Shown here one piece after another: positions 46,088 to 57,723 of a DNA stretch of 64,000 nt; the stretch's first letter is position 1; each line of letters opens with the position of its first letter. The translations under genes were made by a program, and so were the position numbers. Origin of the DNA: Alphaproteobacteria bacterium (GTDB lineage: Bacteria; Pseudomonadota; Alphaproteobacteria; JBFXJJ01); contig JBFXJJ010000011.1 in the NCBI GenBank assembly GCA_050175015.1, positions 24,570-88,569 on the forward strand. The letters are read 5' to 3'. The notes below the pieces were generated by a model. The model worked only from the letters and a program-made list of their open reading frames with translations, had not been told where the DNA came from and did not search any database.

Positions 46088-47089
46088 TTATTTCTTAGCT
46101 TGAATAGCAGTAATAGCTGCAACACCGACAATATCGTCAGGTTTACAACCACGAGATAGATCATTAACAGGTTTTGCTAACCCCTGAAGAACAGGACCAT
46201 AAGCTTCGGCTCCACCTAGGCGTTGAACCAATTTATAACCAATGTTGCCGGCATTCAAATCTGGGAAAATCAAAACTCTAGCTTCACCTTTTATCGGACT
46301 GTCTGGACATTTTGATTTTGCAACTTCTGGCACGATTGCCGCATCAAGCTGTAATTCACCATCAAGAATTATAGGAAGATCAGCATAATCTTTTGCTAAT
46401 TTTTCTTTAGCTATTTTGGTTGCATTAGCAACTTTAGTAACCATAGGACTAGATGCTGAACCATACGTAGAGTAAGATAACATCGCAACCTTAGGAGCAA
46501 TGCCAAATTTCATTGCAGACAAAGCACTTTCTACAGCGATTGCTGCTAAAGTTTCTTCGTCAGGATTTTCAACCAAACCATTATCGGCAAAGAAATACGG
46601 CTCTCCATTACATATCATAATAAAGAAAGCTGATACAGATTGTCCCTTTTTAGCTGATTTGATTATCTGAAGAGCTGGCCTAACGGTATCAGCTGTTGAC
46701 TGAATAGCTCCAGAAACTAGTCCATCTGCCATATTGTCATGAACCATCATTGTTGCAAAGTAGTTAAAGGTTTTGACCATTGCCGCAGCTTTTTCTTCTG
46801 TCATACCTTTGTCTTTGCGCATCTCATACAGTTCTGATGCAAACCTTTGCTGCAACTCTGAGGTTTCAGGATTAATTATTTGAATTTCAGATAAGTTATA
46901 GCTTTTTTGTTTAAAGTAATCGGTAATCTTTTTTTCGTCACCAAGCAAAATTACCTTAGCAATTTTCTTGGCCATTATTGTATTAGCAGCTTCGAGGACC
47001 CTTTCATCTTTGCCTTCTGGGAGAACGATAGTCGCATTAGCACTTTTTGCTTTTTCAAAAAGTGAGTTCATAAAGTTATTATTGACCAT
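46088..47089 (-). CDS. pta: Phosphate acetyltransferase (short, class I)
   Basis: LPEG, DGELQLDAA, FPDLNAGNIGYK, PVNDLSRG. Confidence 0.94.
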   Translation of the reverse strand: MVNNNFMNSLFEKAKSANATIVLPEGKDERVLEAANTIMAKKIAKVILLGDEKKITDYFKQKSYNLSEIQIINPETSELQQRFASELYEMRKDKGMTEEKAAAMVKTFNYFATMMVHDNMADGLVSGAIQSTADTVRPALQIIKSAKKGQSVSAFFIMICNGEPYFFADNGLVENPDEETLAAIAVESALSAMKFGIAPKVAMLSYSTYGSASSPMVTKVANATKIAKEKLAKDYADLPIILDGELQLDAAIVPEVAKSKCPDSPIKGEARVLIFPDLNAGNIGYKLVQRLGGAEAYGPVLQGLAKPVNDLSRGCKPDDIVGVAAITAIQAKK

Positions 47090-47267
47090 TATTTGTTGTC
47101 CACGTTTGAATTAAAAACTAAAAATTTCGACAATGGGTAATTACTAACAACAACAATCATAATTGTCCAATAATTTATCATAAAAAAAACGAAAAACGCA
47201 CAAGAGCAAGCTCCCAATATTAACTATGTTTGTTGCAGAATAATTGTTTGTCTTTCCACAAAAAAAT

Positions 47268-47299
47268 AAGCCGCCCTTCCCCCCAGAAAAGACGGCTTA
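47268..47299 (-). terminator. Rho-independent terminator downstream of 47321-48115
   Basis: Minus strand TAAGCCGTCTTTTC-loop-GGAAGGGCGGCTTA followed by T7. Confidence 0.7.
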
Positions 47300-47320
47300 C
47301 CCCCCCTTTTTATTTACTGT

Positions 47321-48115
47321 TTATTTTACAACAGAAATTCTATCTTTATTGCAGGCTGAATAGCGATAATCATCAGCCATATCAATCAATTTATTAGCAA
47401 TATCCTCTAGAATATCCGCGGCTAAAACAGCATTTTTCTTATTAGTCGGAACGACATTATTCTCTAAAAATTTATAAATATTAATTATCAAAAAATAGAG
47501 ATCTTTTTCAGTATTTTGCAGGTGTACTAAGTAATCTTCAATAAATTCATCTTGCGAGTGCAATTTCTTTTTCTTACAAATCTTCTTTTTATTAGATAGC
47601 TCTATACCATGAATTTTATGCGCCAGAATTTTACTTTCTACAGCCTCAAATTTATGTTTCAGCGTAATTAGACTCATCATAGCTTCTTTGATATTTCTCT
47701 CACGCTCTTCATTTTGAGTGTTTTGAATTGTATAAGCTTTCATAGCGACATCAACTGAAAGCTTCGCACAACAAAGTGTTTCTTCTTCTAAGTCATACTC
47801 CATAACTTTATCTAAAGGCTCAGATATGACTGTCAGTTTCTTATTTAAAAATGGAATAAGATAAGGCTTACCACCAGTTTCCTTATTCCATAACAAATCC
47901 AAATCTAAAAGCTGCTTAGCATTTGGCAAATAATCATCTGAGGCATTAGACCAACGCAAAATTGTGGTCTTAGATACTCCTATCCTCTCTGCTATTGCTT
48001 CTGCCCCCAAACTCTCAACCATAATACCGACCTGCCCTGAAATATTCATTACATCAACATCTTGGCGTAAATTAGTCTTTGGTCCTTCTTTTTTTATTAC
48101 TGATGTTTTTCTCAT
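47321..48115 (-). CDS. Hypothetical protein with N-terminal HTH resembling phage CII-like regulators
   Basis: AEAIAERIGVSKTTILRWSN...LP...QLLDLD...GGKP pattern. Confidence 0.55.
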   Translation of the reverse strand: MRKTSVIKKEGPKTNLRQDVDVMNISGQVGIMVESLGAEAIAERIGVSKTTILRWSNASDDYLPNAKQLLDLDLLWNKETGGKPYLIPFLNKKLTVISEPLDKVMEYDLEEETLCCAKLSVDVAMKAYTIQNTQNEERERNIKEAMMSLITLKHKFEAVESKILAHKIHGIELSNKKKICKKKKLHSQDEFIEDYLVHLQNTEKDLYFLIINIYKFLENNVVPTNKKNAVLAADILEDIANKLIDMADDYRYSACNKDRISVVK

Positions 48116-48149
48116 AATTTTAAAGACTCCTAAAAAAACGTTTTTTTAA

Positions 48150-48686
48150 TTAACTTTCCAAACCCCATTCACCTTCGGGAAGATTTATGGTTTTAATGTC
48201 GCAAGAATGGTCTATAGGACTGCTTGATGGCGACAAAATGCCGACAACAGGAAAATAAATATGACTATCATTTTCAGAAAATTTTTCAGGTCTGTTTTCT
48301 ATAATTTCAAAGCCAAGCCGGCGCCAAATTGCCGTAACACGTTCTTCCGCATAACCGTAGACACGCAAGTATCCTTTATTGCGGCACAACTCAACGGCAT
48401 ATCTAGCCAGCCGCCTAAGTACAGAAAAATTGCGATGTTTTTTTAAAACAGCCATTCTTTCCAACTTAGCGAAATCATAAAACCATCTAATCCGCATTAC
48501 CCCGATAGGTTCGCCATTAATGCTTGCTAAAATATGTGTGGCACATAAGTCATTGCCATCAAACTCTTCCATATAATAGGAACCTTGTTCCCCCATAAAA
48601 ACTGCGGCTCTAATAGCTAAGGCTTGCTGCATTTCATCAAAACTATGAACTACACTAATTTTTATATCATCTACTTTGTCTATCAT
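48150..48686 (-). CDS. GNAT family N-acetyltransferase
   Basis: IRAAVFMGEQ, EEFDGNDLCATH, AKLERMAV, WRRLGF. Confidence 0.85.
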   Translation of the reverse strand: MIDKVDDIKISVVHSFDEMQQALAIRAAVFMGEQGSYYMEEFDGNDLCATHILASINGEPIGVMRIRWFYDFAKLERMAVLKKHRNFSVLRRLARYAVELCRNKGYLRVYGYAEERVTAIWRRLGFEIIENRPEKFSENDSHIYFPVVGILSPSSSPIDHSCDIKTINLPEGEWGLES

Positions 48687-48784
48687 AAGCCGACCCTTTA
48701 TATATCAATAATTGTTGTCGTTTTTATATTTCTATATTATTTTAAAAGGGCTTCTAAATAATCAGTAGATAGTAGGAAACTAAT

Positions 48785-49741
48785 ATGCAAAAATGCATAA
48801 CAGCTGCCAGCGCTAATGATGCCATTAATTTTTGGGACGATGCCCGCTTATTCCTTGCGGCGGCAGAAGCTGGTAATTTTTCAACCGCAGCCAAAGTTCT
48901 TGGAATAAATCAGTCATCAATAAGCCGGCGCATAGCTTATCTAGAACAACGAATTGGAACTGTTTTGTTTTCCAGATCTAGAAGAGGAGCAGAGCTAACA
49001 GAAGCTGGCGTTTCCTTATTGGCATCAGCTAAAGCTATGCAGATTGCAGCCAAAGAATGGAATCGTCATTTGATGGGAGCAAGCCAAGAATTATCTGGCG
49101 TTGTCCAGATTTCGGCAAGTGAAGGCGTTGTTTCATATCTTTTAATGCCTATGCTGGCATCTTTTATGCAAAAATATTCTCAAATCAGTATTCAGTTTAT
49201 CACGAATGATGAGGACGACGTAAATATTACCCTTCTGGCAGAAAAACCAAACGGCATTCCCGCAGAAGGGCGACGTCTTAAAGTTATGCGCTTAGGACGT
49301 ATGAATTTTGTTCCTTTTGCAGGACAAGCATATATTGACCTTATCAAAAAAAATGGCAAAGAACTCCCGACAACAAAAGACGAATTAAAAGAACACCCTT
49401 TGGTGCATCATAAAATTTATGACCAAGATGCCGGTATGATTTTATGGAATCAAATAGTTAAACAGCGGCTTCCTAAAGAACCTGCGGTAACAAAAGTTGA
49501 CACGACAAGTGCGCTGCATCAATCAATCAGAATGGGACTAGGAATCGGAATGCTGCCAACTTATGCCCTAGAAATTGACAACACCTTGCATCGCCTAGAC
49601 ATAAATTTAGGATCGATGGCAACTGATTTCTGGCTCTCTTCCCACGAGGACAGCTTAAAAAGCCCTAAAGTTAGAGCCGTTTTTGATTATTTAGCTGAAG
49701 TTTTTGCAGATATTCGCAAACGCAACTGGTTTTATGATTAG
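48785..49741 (+). CDS. LysR family transcriptional regulator
   Basis: WDDARLFLAAAEAGNFSTAAKVLGINQSSISRRI...LTEAG; GLGIGMLP; KVRAVFDYL. Confidence 0.92.
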   Translation: MQKCITAASANDAINFWDDARLFLAAAEAGNFSTAAKVLGINQSSISRRIAYLEQRIGTVLFSRSRRGAELTEAGVSLLASAKAMQIAAKEWNRHLMGASQELSGVVQISASEGVVSYLLMPMLASFMQKYSQISIQFITNDEDDVNITLLAEKPNGIPAEGRRLKVMRLGRMNFVPFAGQAYIDLIKKNGKELPTTKDELKEHPLVHHKIYDQDAGMILWNQIVKQRLPKEPAVTKVDTTSALHQSIRMGLGIGMLPTYALEIDNTLHRLDINLGSMATDFWLSSHEDSLKSPKVRAVFDYLAEVFADIRKRNWFYD

Positions 49742-50012
49742 ATAAATTATATTTTTTCACTTAAAGCCTATTGATTTTATATAGCTAGAACCCATTTTGA
49801 TTTATTTATGCTGGAGTCATAACGGTTTTTAATTGGATTAATCAAACTAATTTAGTCGCAAAGCTTTTTGCTATTTTAAAGCATATTTCATTTAGCTGTG
49901 TCCATTATGACGAAACCAAAAAGCCCTGATGTCAAAAATCTTTTTGTAGGCATATTATAGCTATGTCAAAAAAATTGCCGGACAAGCCAAGCTTTTTGGT
50001 CGTCCCTTTGGG

Positions 50013-50118
50013 GTTTCCTCTTGGCAGGCACTAGAACTTACGTTGTGTCTCTTGACCGTATATTTATAAATACTATCCGCGAGACACTCCTTGCAGATTG
50101 TCTCGTCTGTTGAGAAAC
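50013..50118. repeat. Palindromic MITE-like element (Correia/RPE-like core)
   Basis: Nested stems GTGTCTC/GAGACAC around TATTTATAAATA; minus strand GCAAGG...AGTA...TACGG...CAACG pattern. Confidence 0.45.
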
Positions 50119-50161
50119 TTAAATTGCGTACAATTAAATGAGATATGCTCTAAGCCAGCTT

Positions 50162-52984
50162 TTACCTTAAAATATAAGGAATTAAATATTGCCCAGTATA
50201 ACTTTCTTTACTTTTTATAATCTCTTCTGGTCTGCCTTCTGCAATAATTCGACCACCTTTGTCTCCTCCCTCAGGGCCAATATCAATAATCCAGTCTGCG
50301 GTTTTTATAACATCTAAATTATGCTCAATAACAACAACGGTGTTTCCTTGATCCACTAAGGCGTGCAAGACTTCTAAAAGTTTCTCAATATCAGCAAAAT
50401 GAAGCCCAGTTGTCGGTTCATCTAAAATATAAATAGTTTTACCTGTCGAGCGTTTAGAAAGCTCTTTAGCTAACTTAATTCTCTGGGCTTCACCACCAGA
50501 CAACGTATTAGCCTGCTGCCCAAGCTTTATATAGCCCATTCCAACCTTTTGTAAGAGTTCCAGCTTGCTCATAATTGAAGGAATGGCACTAAAGAAGACC
50601 GCGGCTTCATCTACCGTCATAGCTAAAACATCAGCGATATTTTTGCCTTTCCACGTAATTTCTAACGTTTCACGATTAAATCGCTGCCCCTTACAAACAT
50701 CACATTCCACATAAACATCTGGTAAAAAATGCATTTCAATTTTAATAACGCCATCACCAGAACAAGCTTCACACCGCCCGCCTTTAACATTAAAAGAAAA
50801 CCTTCCTGGTTTATATCCTCTGGCTTTTGCTTCAGGAAGTGCCGCAAACCATTCTCTAATCGGAGTAAACAACCCCGTATAAGTCGCTGGATTAGAGCGG
50901 GGTGTTCTTCCAATAGGTGATTGATCTATATCAATAATTTTATCAATATTTTCACTGCCGACTATTTCTGCGCAATGCTCTAAACCTTTTGTGTGACGGT
51001 TTATTTTCGCTAAATTTTTATAAAGCGTCTCAATGATTAAAGATGACTTTCCACCACCAGAAACCCCTGTTACACAAGTAAATGTCCCCAAATGAAAATT
51101 AGCAGTTACATCTTTGAGATTATTAGCATTAGCACCCTTCAAGATTAACTTTTTACCATTGCCTTTTCTTCTTTTTTCAGGAATAGGGATATTCTTTTTA
51201 CCGCTCACATACTGTCCTGTTAGCGAATTTTCATCATTCAAAACCGTTTGAACATCACCTTTAGAAACAATCGTCCCGCCATTGACTCCTGCGCCTTTGC
51301 CCATATCAATTAGATAATCAGCAGCTAAGATGGCTTCGCTGTCGTGTTCCACAACAATAACGGTATTTCCTGTATCCCGAAGTTTAGTTAAGGTCTTAAG
51401 AAGCCTTGTATTATCTCGCTGGTGCAGCCCTATCGACGGTTCATCTAAAACATAAATAACATTGGTTAAACCTGAGCCAATCTGCGATGCCAAACGAATT
51501 CTTTGACTCTCTCCGCCAGATAAGGTTCCCGATGCCCTTGAAAGAGTCAAATACTCCAACCCGACATTGCATAGGAAATCCAGTCTTTCATTAATTTCAT
51601 TAAGTATCTTAGTCGCTATCTCCTGTTTTTTCGGGGTAAGTTTTGTTAAAACATCTGAAAACCATTCTTTGGACTGTAAGATAGAACTTTCTGCGGCTTC
51701 ACTAATGTTAAGCCCGCCAATCTTAACAGCTAAAGCCTCTGGTTTTAGACGCATACCACAGCAAGCAGAACAAGGCGTGCTGGTTTGATACTTTGAAAAC
51801 TCCTCCCTTATCCACGCAGAATCTGTTTCAAGAAATCGCCGTTCCATATTAGGGATAACACCTTCAAAAGGACGCTTATCTGTTAATTTTCTAAGCCCAT
51901 TATCAATAACAAGTTCAATCTTTTCATTTTTAGAACCATATAAAATAGTGTTCTTCAATTTTTCAGGAAGTTCTTTAAATGGGGTATGAACATCTGAGCC
52001 AAAATGAGCACAAACACTCTGCATTGTCTGCAAATGATAATGAGATGTTGTTCCCGAAAACGGAGCAATCGCGCCTTGTGCGATTGATAAACTATCATCA
52101 GGCACAATCAAGTCTGGGTCAATTTTTAATTCAACCCCAAGCCCGCCGCAAACAGGGCAAGCCCCATAAGGATTATTAAATGAAAAAAGTCTAGGCTCAA
52201 TCTCTTCAATGGTAAATCCAGATACCGGACAGGCAAACTTTTCTGAAAAAATAATGCTGTCTCCTCCTGAAAGAGGCTCAATTACAGCCAAGCCATCAGC
52301 TAAATGAAGCGCTGTTTCAAAAGATTCTGCAAGCCTGCTCTTGATTTCATCTTTAACGACAATACGGTCTACCACCACAGATATTTCGTGCTTTATGTTT
52401 TTATCAAGTTGTGGCGTTTCTGATATTTCATAAACCTCACCATCAATTTTTACTCTTTGAAAGCCTTTTTTCTGTAAATCCTGCAGTTCTTTACGATATT
52501 CACCTTTTCGACCACGAACAATCGGAGCCAACAACAAAAGTTTATTACCTTCTTCAAGCTCTAACGTCCGATCTACCATTTGAGATATGGTCTGGGTTTC
52601 AATAGGGAGTCCTGTTGCTGGGGAATATGGAGTTCCAACTCTTGCCCACAAAAGGCGCATATAATCATAAATTTCTGTGACGGTTCCAACGGTTGACCTA
52701 GGGTTTTTTGAAGTTGTTTTCTGTTCGATAGAAATAGCTGGTGATAAGCCCTCTATCGAGTCTACATCAGGCTTATTCATAATTTCTAAAAATTGCCGAG
52801 CATATGCTGATAAACTTTCAACATAACGACGCTGTCCTTCAGCATAAATGGTATCGAATGCAAGGGACGATTTTCCTGAACCCGAAAGCCCCGTAATAAC
52901 AACAAGTTTTTCTTTCGGTATATCTACAGAAACATTCTTAAGGTTGTGTTCTTTTGCACCTCTGATTTTTATTTTTGATACCAT
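50162..52984 (-). CDS. uvrA: Excinuclease ABC subunit UvrA
   Basis: GLSGSGKSS, Zn fingers, [17 protein letters not shown]. Confidence 0.97.
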   Translation of the reverse strand: MVSKIKIRGAKEHNLKNVSVDIPKEKLVVITGLSGSGKSSLAFDTIYAEGQRRYVESLSAYARQFLEIMNKPDVDSIEGLSPAISIEQKTTSKNPRSTVGTVTEIYDYMRLLWARVGTPYSPATGLPIETQTISQMVDRTLELEEGNKLLLLAPIVRGRKGEYRKELQDLQKKGFQRVKIDGEVYEISETPQLDKNIKHEISVVVDRIVVKDEIKSRLAESFETALHLADGLAVIEPLSGGDSIIFSEKFACPVSGFTIEEIEPRLFSFNNPYGACPVCGGLGVELKIDPDLIVPDDSLSIAQGAIAPFSGTTSHYHLQTMQSVCAHFGSDVHTPFKELPEKLKNTILYGSKNEKIELVIDNGLRKLTDKRPFEGVIPNMERRFLETDSAWIREEFSKYQTSTPCSACCGMRLKPEALAVKIGGLNISEAAESSILQSKEWFSDVLTKLTPKKQEIATKILNEINERLDFLCNVGLEYLTLSRASGTLSGGESQRIRLASQIGSGLTNVIYVLDEPSIGLHQRDNTRLLKTLTKLRDTGNTVIVVEHDSEAILAADYLIDMGKGAGVNGGTIVSKGDVQTVLNDENSLTGQYVSGKKNIPIPEKRRKGNGKKLILKGANANNLKDVTANFHLGTFTCVTGVSGGGKSSLIIETLYKNLAKINRHTKGLEHCAEIVGSENIDKIIDIDQSPIGRTPRSNPATYTGLFTPIREWFAALPEAKARGYKPGRFSFNVKGGRCEACSGDGVIKIEMHFLPDVYVECDVCKGQRFNRETLEITWKGKNIADVLAMTVDEAAVFFSAIPSIMSKLELLQKVGMGYIKLGQQANTLSGGEAQRIKLAKELSKRSTGKTIYILDEPTTGLHFADIEKLLEVLHALVDQGNTVVVIEHNLDVIKTADWIIDIGPEGGDKGGRIIAEGRPEEIIKSKESYTGQYLIPYILR

Positions 52985-53026
52985 TGTTTTTTTCCTGTAT
53001 ATTTCTTTGTATCTTTATTTTTGATA

Positions 53027-53041
53027 GAATAAAACGAGAAC
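53027..53041. promoter_or_regulatory. Putative alphaproteobacterial LexA (SOS) box
   Basis: GAAT-AAAACGA-GAAC, one mismatch to GAAC-N7-GAAC, ~40 bp upstream of uvrA. Confidence 0.6.
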
Positions 53042-53065
53042 ATCTTTTATACAATAGTTAATTAA

Positions 53066-54286
53066 ATGAAGCATTCACTTTTTTTTATAATTTTAAATTT
53101 AGCTTTGCTTTTCTCTGTTTTTGCTAAAGCAGAAGATGATTCGCAGGGGACAAAGACAAAAGAGCAACCGCAGCTTTTAAAAGTAGAAGAGCAAGCTAGT
53201 ATCTCCCAAACAGAGGAACCGTCACAAGAGGATTATCTTGTAATTGCTGATATCGCTGCCTTCAAAGGCAAAACCAGCGTATACGGTGAGCAAATGAGAC
53301 AAGGCATCAGATTTGGAGTGAAAGCTGTTAATGAGGCTGGCGGTATTAAAGGGAAAAAAATTAAGCTTCTAAGCTATGATGACGGCTGCGATCCAACTGA
53401 ATCTGAAAAAATGGCCAATATAATCGTTGCCAGCGACGGCAAAAATTCCAAAGAAAAGGTTCTTATGGCTATTGGACATACGTGTATTGCCTCAACTCAA
53501 ATTGCAATGCCCATTTATGCTAAAGCTGATATGCTCCATTTTGTCCCCTCTTATATTGATAACCTTGAAGATTTGGACAGCAAAAAGATATTTGTTATGG
53601 GAGCCAATATTGAACGAAGAGCAGGAACCGCCTCTTCTTTTTTAAAAAACACCTACCCCGATGATAATATCGCTGTTATTTATGATGACAATACCAGCTC
53701 GGAAAAAATTGCTAATTTTGTAAATGATGATTTTAATAAAAATATAAACAAACCAGTTTATTTTGCCTCATTTCTATCTGGGAAAACGGATTACACCGCC
53801 TTAATCAATGAACTATCGCAAAAAAATATTAATGTTGTCTACCTTGCAACCAGCTTATTTGATGCCCAAAATATTCTCAATCAAATGAAAGGTAAAAATT
53901 TTAAAGCTGTTTATCTTTCATCTAACCCACTTTTTAATGACGGCAGTTTTAATCCCGACTTTGATGGACGTATCTTTTTTTCTTTTATGCCCGATGCCAG
54001 AAAAATCCCTGAAGCAAGCTTTGCTGTCTCCAGATTTAGAGTTTCGGGAATCGAACCAGAAGGCTTAACACTGTACGCCCTAGCTGCGCTGGAAGCCTTT
54101 ACTAAAGCTTATAGCTTATCCAAAATAAAAAACATCAAAGACATAGCCAATATCTTAAAAAATAAAGAATTTGAAACTTGTGTAGGAAAAATTGGATTTA
54201 ACATTTCGGGTGAAATTACTGGAGTTATGCCTTCAGTTTATGAATGGAAAAACAATAATTATACAGAAGTTGCGGAAAACTTTTAA
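53066..54286 (+). CDS. Branched-chain amino acid ABC-type substrate-binding protein (LivJ-like), orphan
   Basis: Signal peptide; VNEAGGIKGKKI, DDGCDP, IGH. Confidence 0.8.
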   Translation: MKHSLFFIILNLALLFSVFAKAEDDSQGTKTKEQPQLLKVEEQASISQTEEPSQEDYLVIADIAAFKGKTSVYGEQMRQGIRFGVKAVNEAGGIKGKKIKLLSYDDGCDPTESEKMANIIVASDGKNSKEKVLMAIGHTCIASTQIAMPIYAKADMLHFVPSYIDNLEDLDSKKIFVMGANIERRAGTASSFLKNTYPDDNIAVIYDDNTSSEKIANFVNDDFNKNINKPVYFASFLSGKTDYTALINELSQKNINVVYLATSLFDAQNILNQMKGKNFKAVYLSSNPLFNDGSFNPDFDGRIFFSFMPDARKIPEASFAVSRFRVSGIEPEGLTLYALAALEAFTKAYSLSKIKNIKDIANILKNKEFETCVGKIGFNISGEITGVMPSVYEWKNNNYTEVAENF

Positions 54287-54360
54287 AACTAGTTTCCATT
54301 TTTTAATTAAAACGTTTATGTTAGTCCCTATAATGTTATTACGAACGAAAGGATTATTTT

Positions 54361-54834
54361 ATGGCAGGCAGTGTTAATAAAGTTATTTTGTTAGGAAATT
54401 TAGGCAGAGACCCTGAAGTTAGACATAGCCAAAACGGTTCTAAGATTGTGAATCTTTCTATTGCAACCTCAGAAACCTGGAAAGATCGCCAATCGGGAGA
54501 AAGAAAAGAAAAAACTGAATGGCATCGCGTTGTTATCTTCAATCCTAACTTAGCTGAAGTTGCCGAACGCTATCTAAAAAAAGGATCTAAAGTTTATCTT
54601 GAAGGCTCTCTTCAAACCAGAAAATGGACCGACGCCAGTGGGCAGGATAAATATTCTACCGAAATAGTATTACAAAATTATCGTGGAGACCTTACTCTGC
54701 TTGACAACAGATCCATGGACGAAGGTTCATCTTCTTATTCAGCAGCGCCATCATCTTATGACGATTCTCAAGCTTCTGGAGGCAGTGGCTGGGACGCTCC
54801 GCCACCTGACTTTGATGATGACATTCCGTTTTAA
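54361..54834 (+). CDS. ssb: Single-stranded DNA-binding protein
   Basis: [23 protein letters not shown]-terminal DDDIPF. Confidence 0.97.
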   Translation: MAGSVNKVILLGNLGRDPEVRHSQNGSKIVNLSIATSETWKDRQSGERKEKTEWHRVVIFNPNLAEVAERYLKKGSKVYLEGSLQTRKWTDASGQDKYSTEIVLQNYRGDLTLLDNRSMDEGSSSYSAAPSSYDDSQASGGSGWDAPPPDFDDDIPF

Positions 54835-54925
54835 ATACTTTTTTATTACGCTTACCAAGATCGTTTAACAGATTGTATTTCTGCTAAACATTTGTCCTAT
54901 TTGAATATCTTTGGGAATTTTTAAA

Positions 54926-57709
54926 GTGACCGATACTTCTATTAACCAATCTGGAATTGGAAATGTAACAATTATTGATGAAATGAAGCGCTCTTACCTT
55001 GATTATGCTATGAGCGTAATCATTTCTAGAGCTTTGCCTGATGTTAGAGATGGTTTAAAACCAGTTCACCGGCGCATCATTTATTCTATGAATGAAAATG
55101 GCTACGAATATAATAAGCCTTTTCGTAAATCGGCAAGAATCGTCGGTGATGTTATGGGTAAATATCACCCTCACGGTGACGCTGCAATTTACGATGCCAT
55201 GGTTCGTATGGCTCAAGATTTCTCTATGCGCCTTCCTTTAGTTCAAGGACAAGGTAACTTTGGTTCTATGGACGGTGACAAAGCCGCCGCAATGCGTTAT
55301 ACCGAAGCTAGACTGCAAAAAGTTACAAGCTTTCTGGTTGATGACATTGATAAAGAAACCGTCGATTTTCAGCCAAACTACGATGAAACAGTCAAAGAAC
55401 CTGCTGTTCTTCCTGCTAAATTCCCTAACCTTTTAGTCAATGGTGCCAGCGGTATTGCCGTTGGTATGGCAACCAATATACCTCCTCACAACCTTGGGGA
55501 AGTTATTGATGCTTGCTGTGCATATATTGATAACCCAGAAATAACAACAGAACAAATCTGTGAAATTGTTAAAGGCCCTGACTTCCCTACTGGCGGTATT
55601 ATTCTTGGCTCAAGAGGAATCAGAGAAGCTTTCTTCACAGGCAAAGGTTCTATTGTTATTCGAGGCAAATGTCATATCGAAGAAATTAGAAAAGATAGGT
55701 TTGCTATTGTTGCAACCGAAATTCCTTACCAAGTTAATAAAGCTGCTATGATTACTAAAATGGCAGAATTAGTACGAGAAAAGAAAATTGAAGGTATTGC
55801 CGATCTTAGAGATGAATCTGACCGTCAAGGTGTTAGAGTCGTTGTTGAAATTAAACGAGATTTTCAGCCTGATGTTGTTTTAAATCAGCTCTATAAGTTT
55901 TCACCTTTACAATCAAGTTTTGGCGTTAATATGCTCGCTCTTTCAGGCGGCCGTCCAATTCAAATGAATCTTCTTGATATTATTAAAGCCTTCATAAATT
56001 TCCGTGAAGAAGTTATTAGAAGAAGAACCATATTTGAGTTAGATAAAGCAAGAGCTAGAGCTCATATTTTGGTTGGTTTGGCTATCGCTGTAACTAATCT
56101 TGATCCTGTTATCAAAATTATTAAAGAATCATCAAATCCAACTGTTGCTAAAGATAAATTAATGGCAAACGCTTGGGACGCTAGAGACGTTGAACCTTTA
56201 ATCAAATTGATTGATGAACCTGAACATATTGTTATTGATGGCAAGTATTCTCTTTCTGAAACTCAAGCCAAAGCTATTTTGGATTTAAGACTCCACCGCT
56301 TAACAGGTTTAGAACGCGAGAAAATTCAAAGCGAATTACAAGTAATCGGTGAGCAAATCAAAGAATATTTAAGCATTCTTTCTTCTCGTGAACGAGTCTT
56401 TGATATTATGCGCACTGAATTAACGGAAATAAGAACAGCCTTTGCAACCCCAAGAAAAACTGAAATTGAAGATATTGAATTTGAGCAAGACCTTGAAGCA
56501 TTGATTCAACGTGAAGAAATGGTTGTTACGGTTACCAATACCGGATACATAAAACGTGTTCCGCTGTCATCTTACCGCGCTCAAAAACGTGGTGGCAAAG
56601 GCAAATCTGGAATGACAACTAAAGAAGAAGATTATGTTTCTAGGTTATTTATTGCTAATACTCATACCCCTGTTCTATTCTTCTCTTCACGAGGCATCGT
56701 TTACAAACTGAAAGTTTACAAACTGCCGCTTGGTTCACCTCAATCAAAAGGCAAACCGTTTATTAACCTTCTGCCTTTACAAGAAGGAGAAACCATTAGC
56801 ACGATTATGTCTCTGCCTGAAGATGAAGCCTCATGCAATGATATGTTTGTAATGCTTGCAACTTCGACTGGAACAGTTAGAAGAAACAGCTTGGCTGACT
56901 TTGTAAATGTTATGGCCAACGGCAAAATAGCTATGAAGCTCGACGATAATGACCGTTTAATAAACGTTTTAACCTGTAGTGAAGATGATGATGTCTTTAT
57001 CACAACCAAAAACGGAAAGTGCATAAGATTCCCAGTTAAAGATATTCGAGTCTTTGTTGGTCGTAACTCAACAGGTGTTAGAGCAATAAGATTGTCAGGT
57101 GATGACGTTGTTGTGAATATGTCGTTGTTAAAACATATTGATTTTGATACGCCCAAACGTGATGAATACTTAAAGGTCTCAAGTGCCTTAAAGCGTAATT
57201 CTTCAGATAACGAAACTAGCGCGACATCTGCTAAAGAAACAGGCCTGTTAAATCTCCTAACTGAAGAAGAATTTAACAATATGGCTGAAAATGAAGAGTT
57301 TATTTTATCCGTAACGTCAACAGGATATGGCAAACGCTCGTCATCTTATGAATACCGTGTAACTGGCAGAGGTGGTCAAGGTATTGCAAACATTGAAATG
57401 TCTGAACGTAACAAAGATGTTGTGGCATCTTTCCCTATTAAAGACAGCCATCAGATTATGCTGGTTACAGATTCTGGGAAATTAATAAGAATGCCAGTTG
57501 ATAACATCAGAGTCGCAGGAAGAAAAACACAAGGCGTTATTCTTTTTAGAACGAGCGATGATGAAAATGTTGTTTCCGCAACATGGATTGAAGAAACAGA
57601 AGATGAAGACAGCGATAACGAGATGCCAATTGCTGTAGAAAATGAAGATTCTTCAAACTCTGATGAACCTAAAGATGAAAACATTATTGATGATGAATCT
57701 AATTTTTAG
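54926..57709 (+). CDS. gyrA: DNA gyrase subunit A
   Basis: [13 protein letters not shown], GyrA-box QKRGGKG; start codon (GTG 54926 vs TTG 54911) uncertain. Confidence 0.96.
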   Translation: MTDTSINQSGIGNVTIIDEMKRSYLDYAMSVIISRALPDVRDGLKPVHRRIIYSMNENGYEYNKPFRKSARIVGDVMGKYHPHGDAAIYDAMVRMAQDFSMRLPLVQGQGNFGSMDGDKAAAMRYTEARLQKVTSFLVDDIDKETVDFQPNYDETVKEPAVLPAKFPNLLVNGASGIAVGMATNIPPHNLGEVIDACCAYIDNPEITTEQICEIVKGPDFPTGGIILGSRGIREAFFTGKGSIVIRGKCHIEEIRKDRFAIVATEIPYQVNKAAMITKMAELVREKKIEGIADLRDESDRQGVRVVVEIKRDFQPDVVLNQLYKFSPLQSSFGVNMLALSGGRPIQMNLLDIIKAFINFREEVIRRRTIFELDKARARAHILVGLAIAVTNLDPVIKIIKESSNPTVAKDKLMANAWDARDVEPLIKLIDEPEHIVIDGKYSLSETQAKAILDLRLHRLTGLEREKIQSELQVIGEQIKEYLSILSSRERVFDIMRTELTEIRTAFATPRKTEIEDIEFEQDLEALIQREEMVVTVTNTGYIKRVPLSSYRAQKRGGKGKSGMTTKEEDYVSRLFIANTHTPVLFFSSRGIVYKLKVYKLPLGSPQSKGKPFINLLPLQEGETISTIMSLPEDEASCNDMFVMLATSTGTVRRNSLADFVNVMANGKIAMKLDDNDRLINVLTCSEDDDVFITTKNGKCIRFPVKDIRVFVGRNSTGVRAIRLSGDDVVVNMSLLKHIDFDTPKRDEYLKVSSALKRNSSDNETSATSAKETGLLNLLTEEEFNNMAENEEFILSVTSTGYGKRSSSYEYRVTGRGGQGIANIEMSERNKDVVASFPIKDSHQIMLVTDSGKLIRMPVDNIRVAGRKTQGVILFRTSDDENVVSATWIEETEDEDSDNEMPIAVENEDSSNSDEPKDENIIDDESNF

Positions 57710-57723
57710 AAAAAGATGATACT

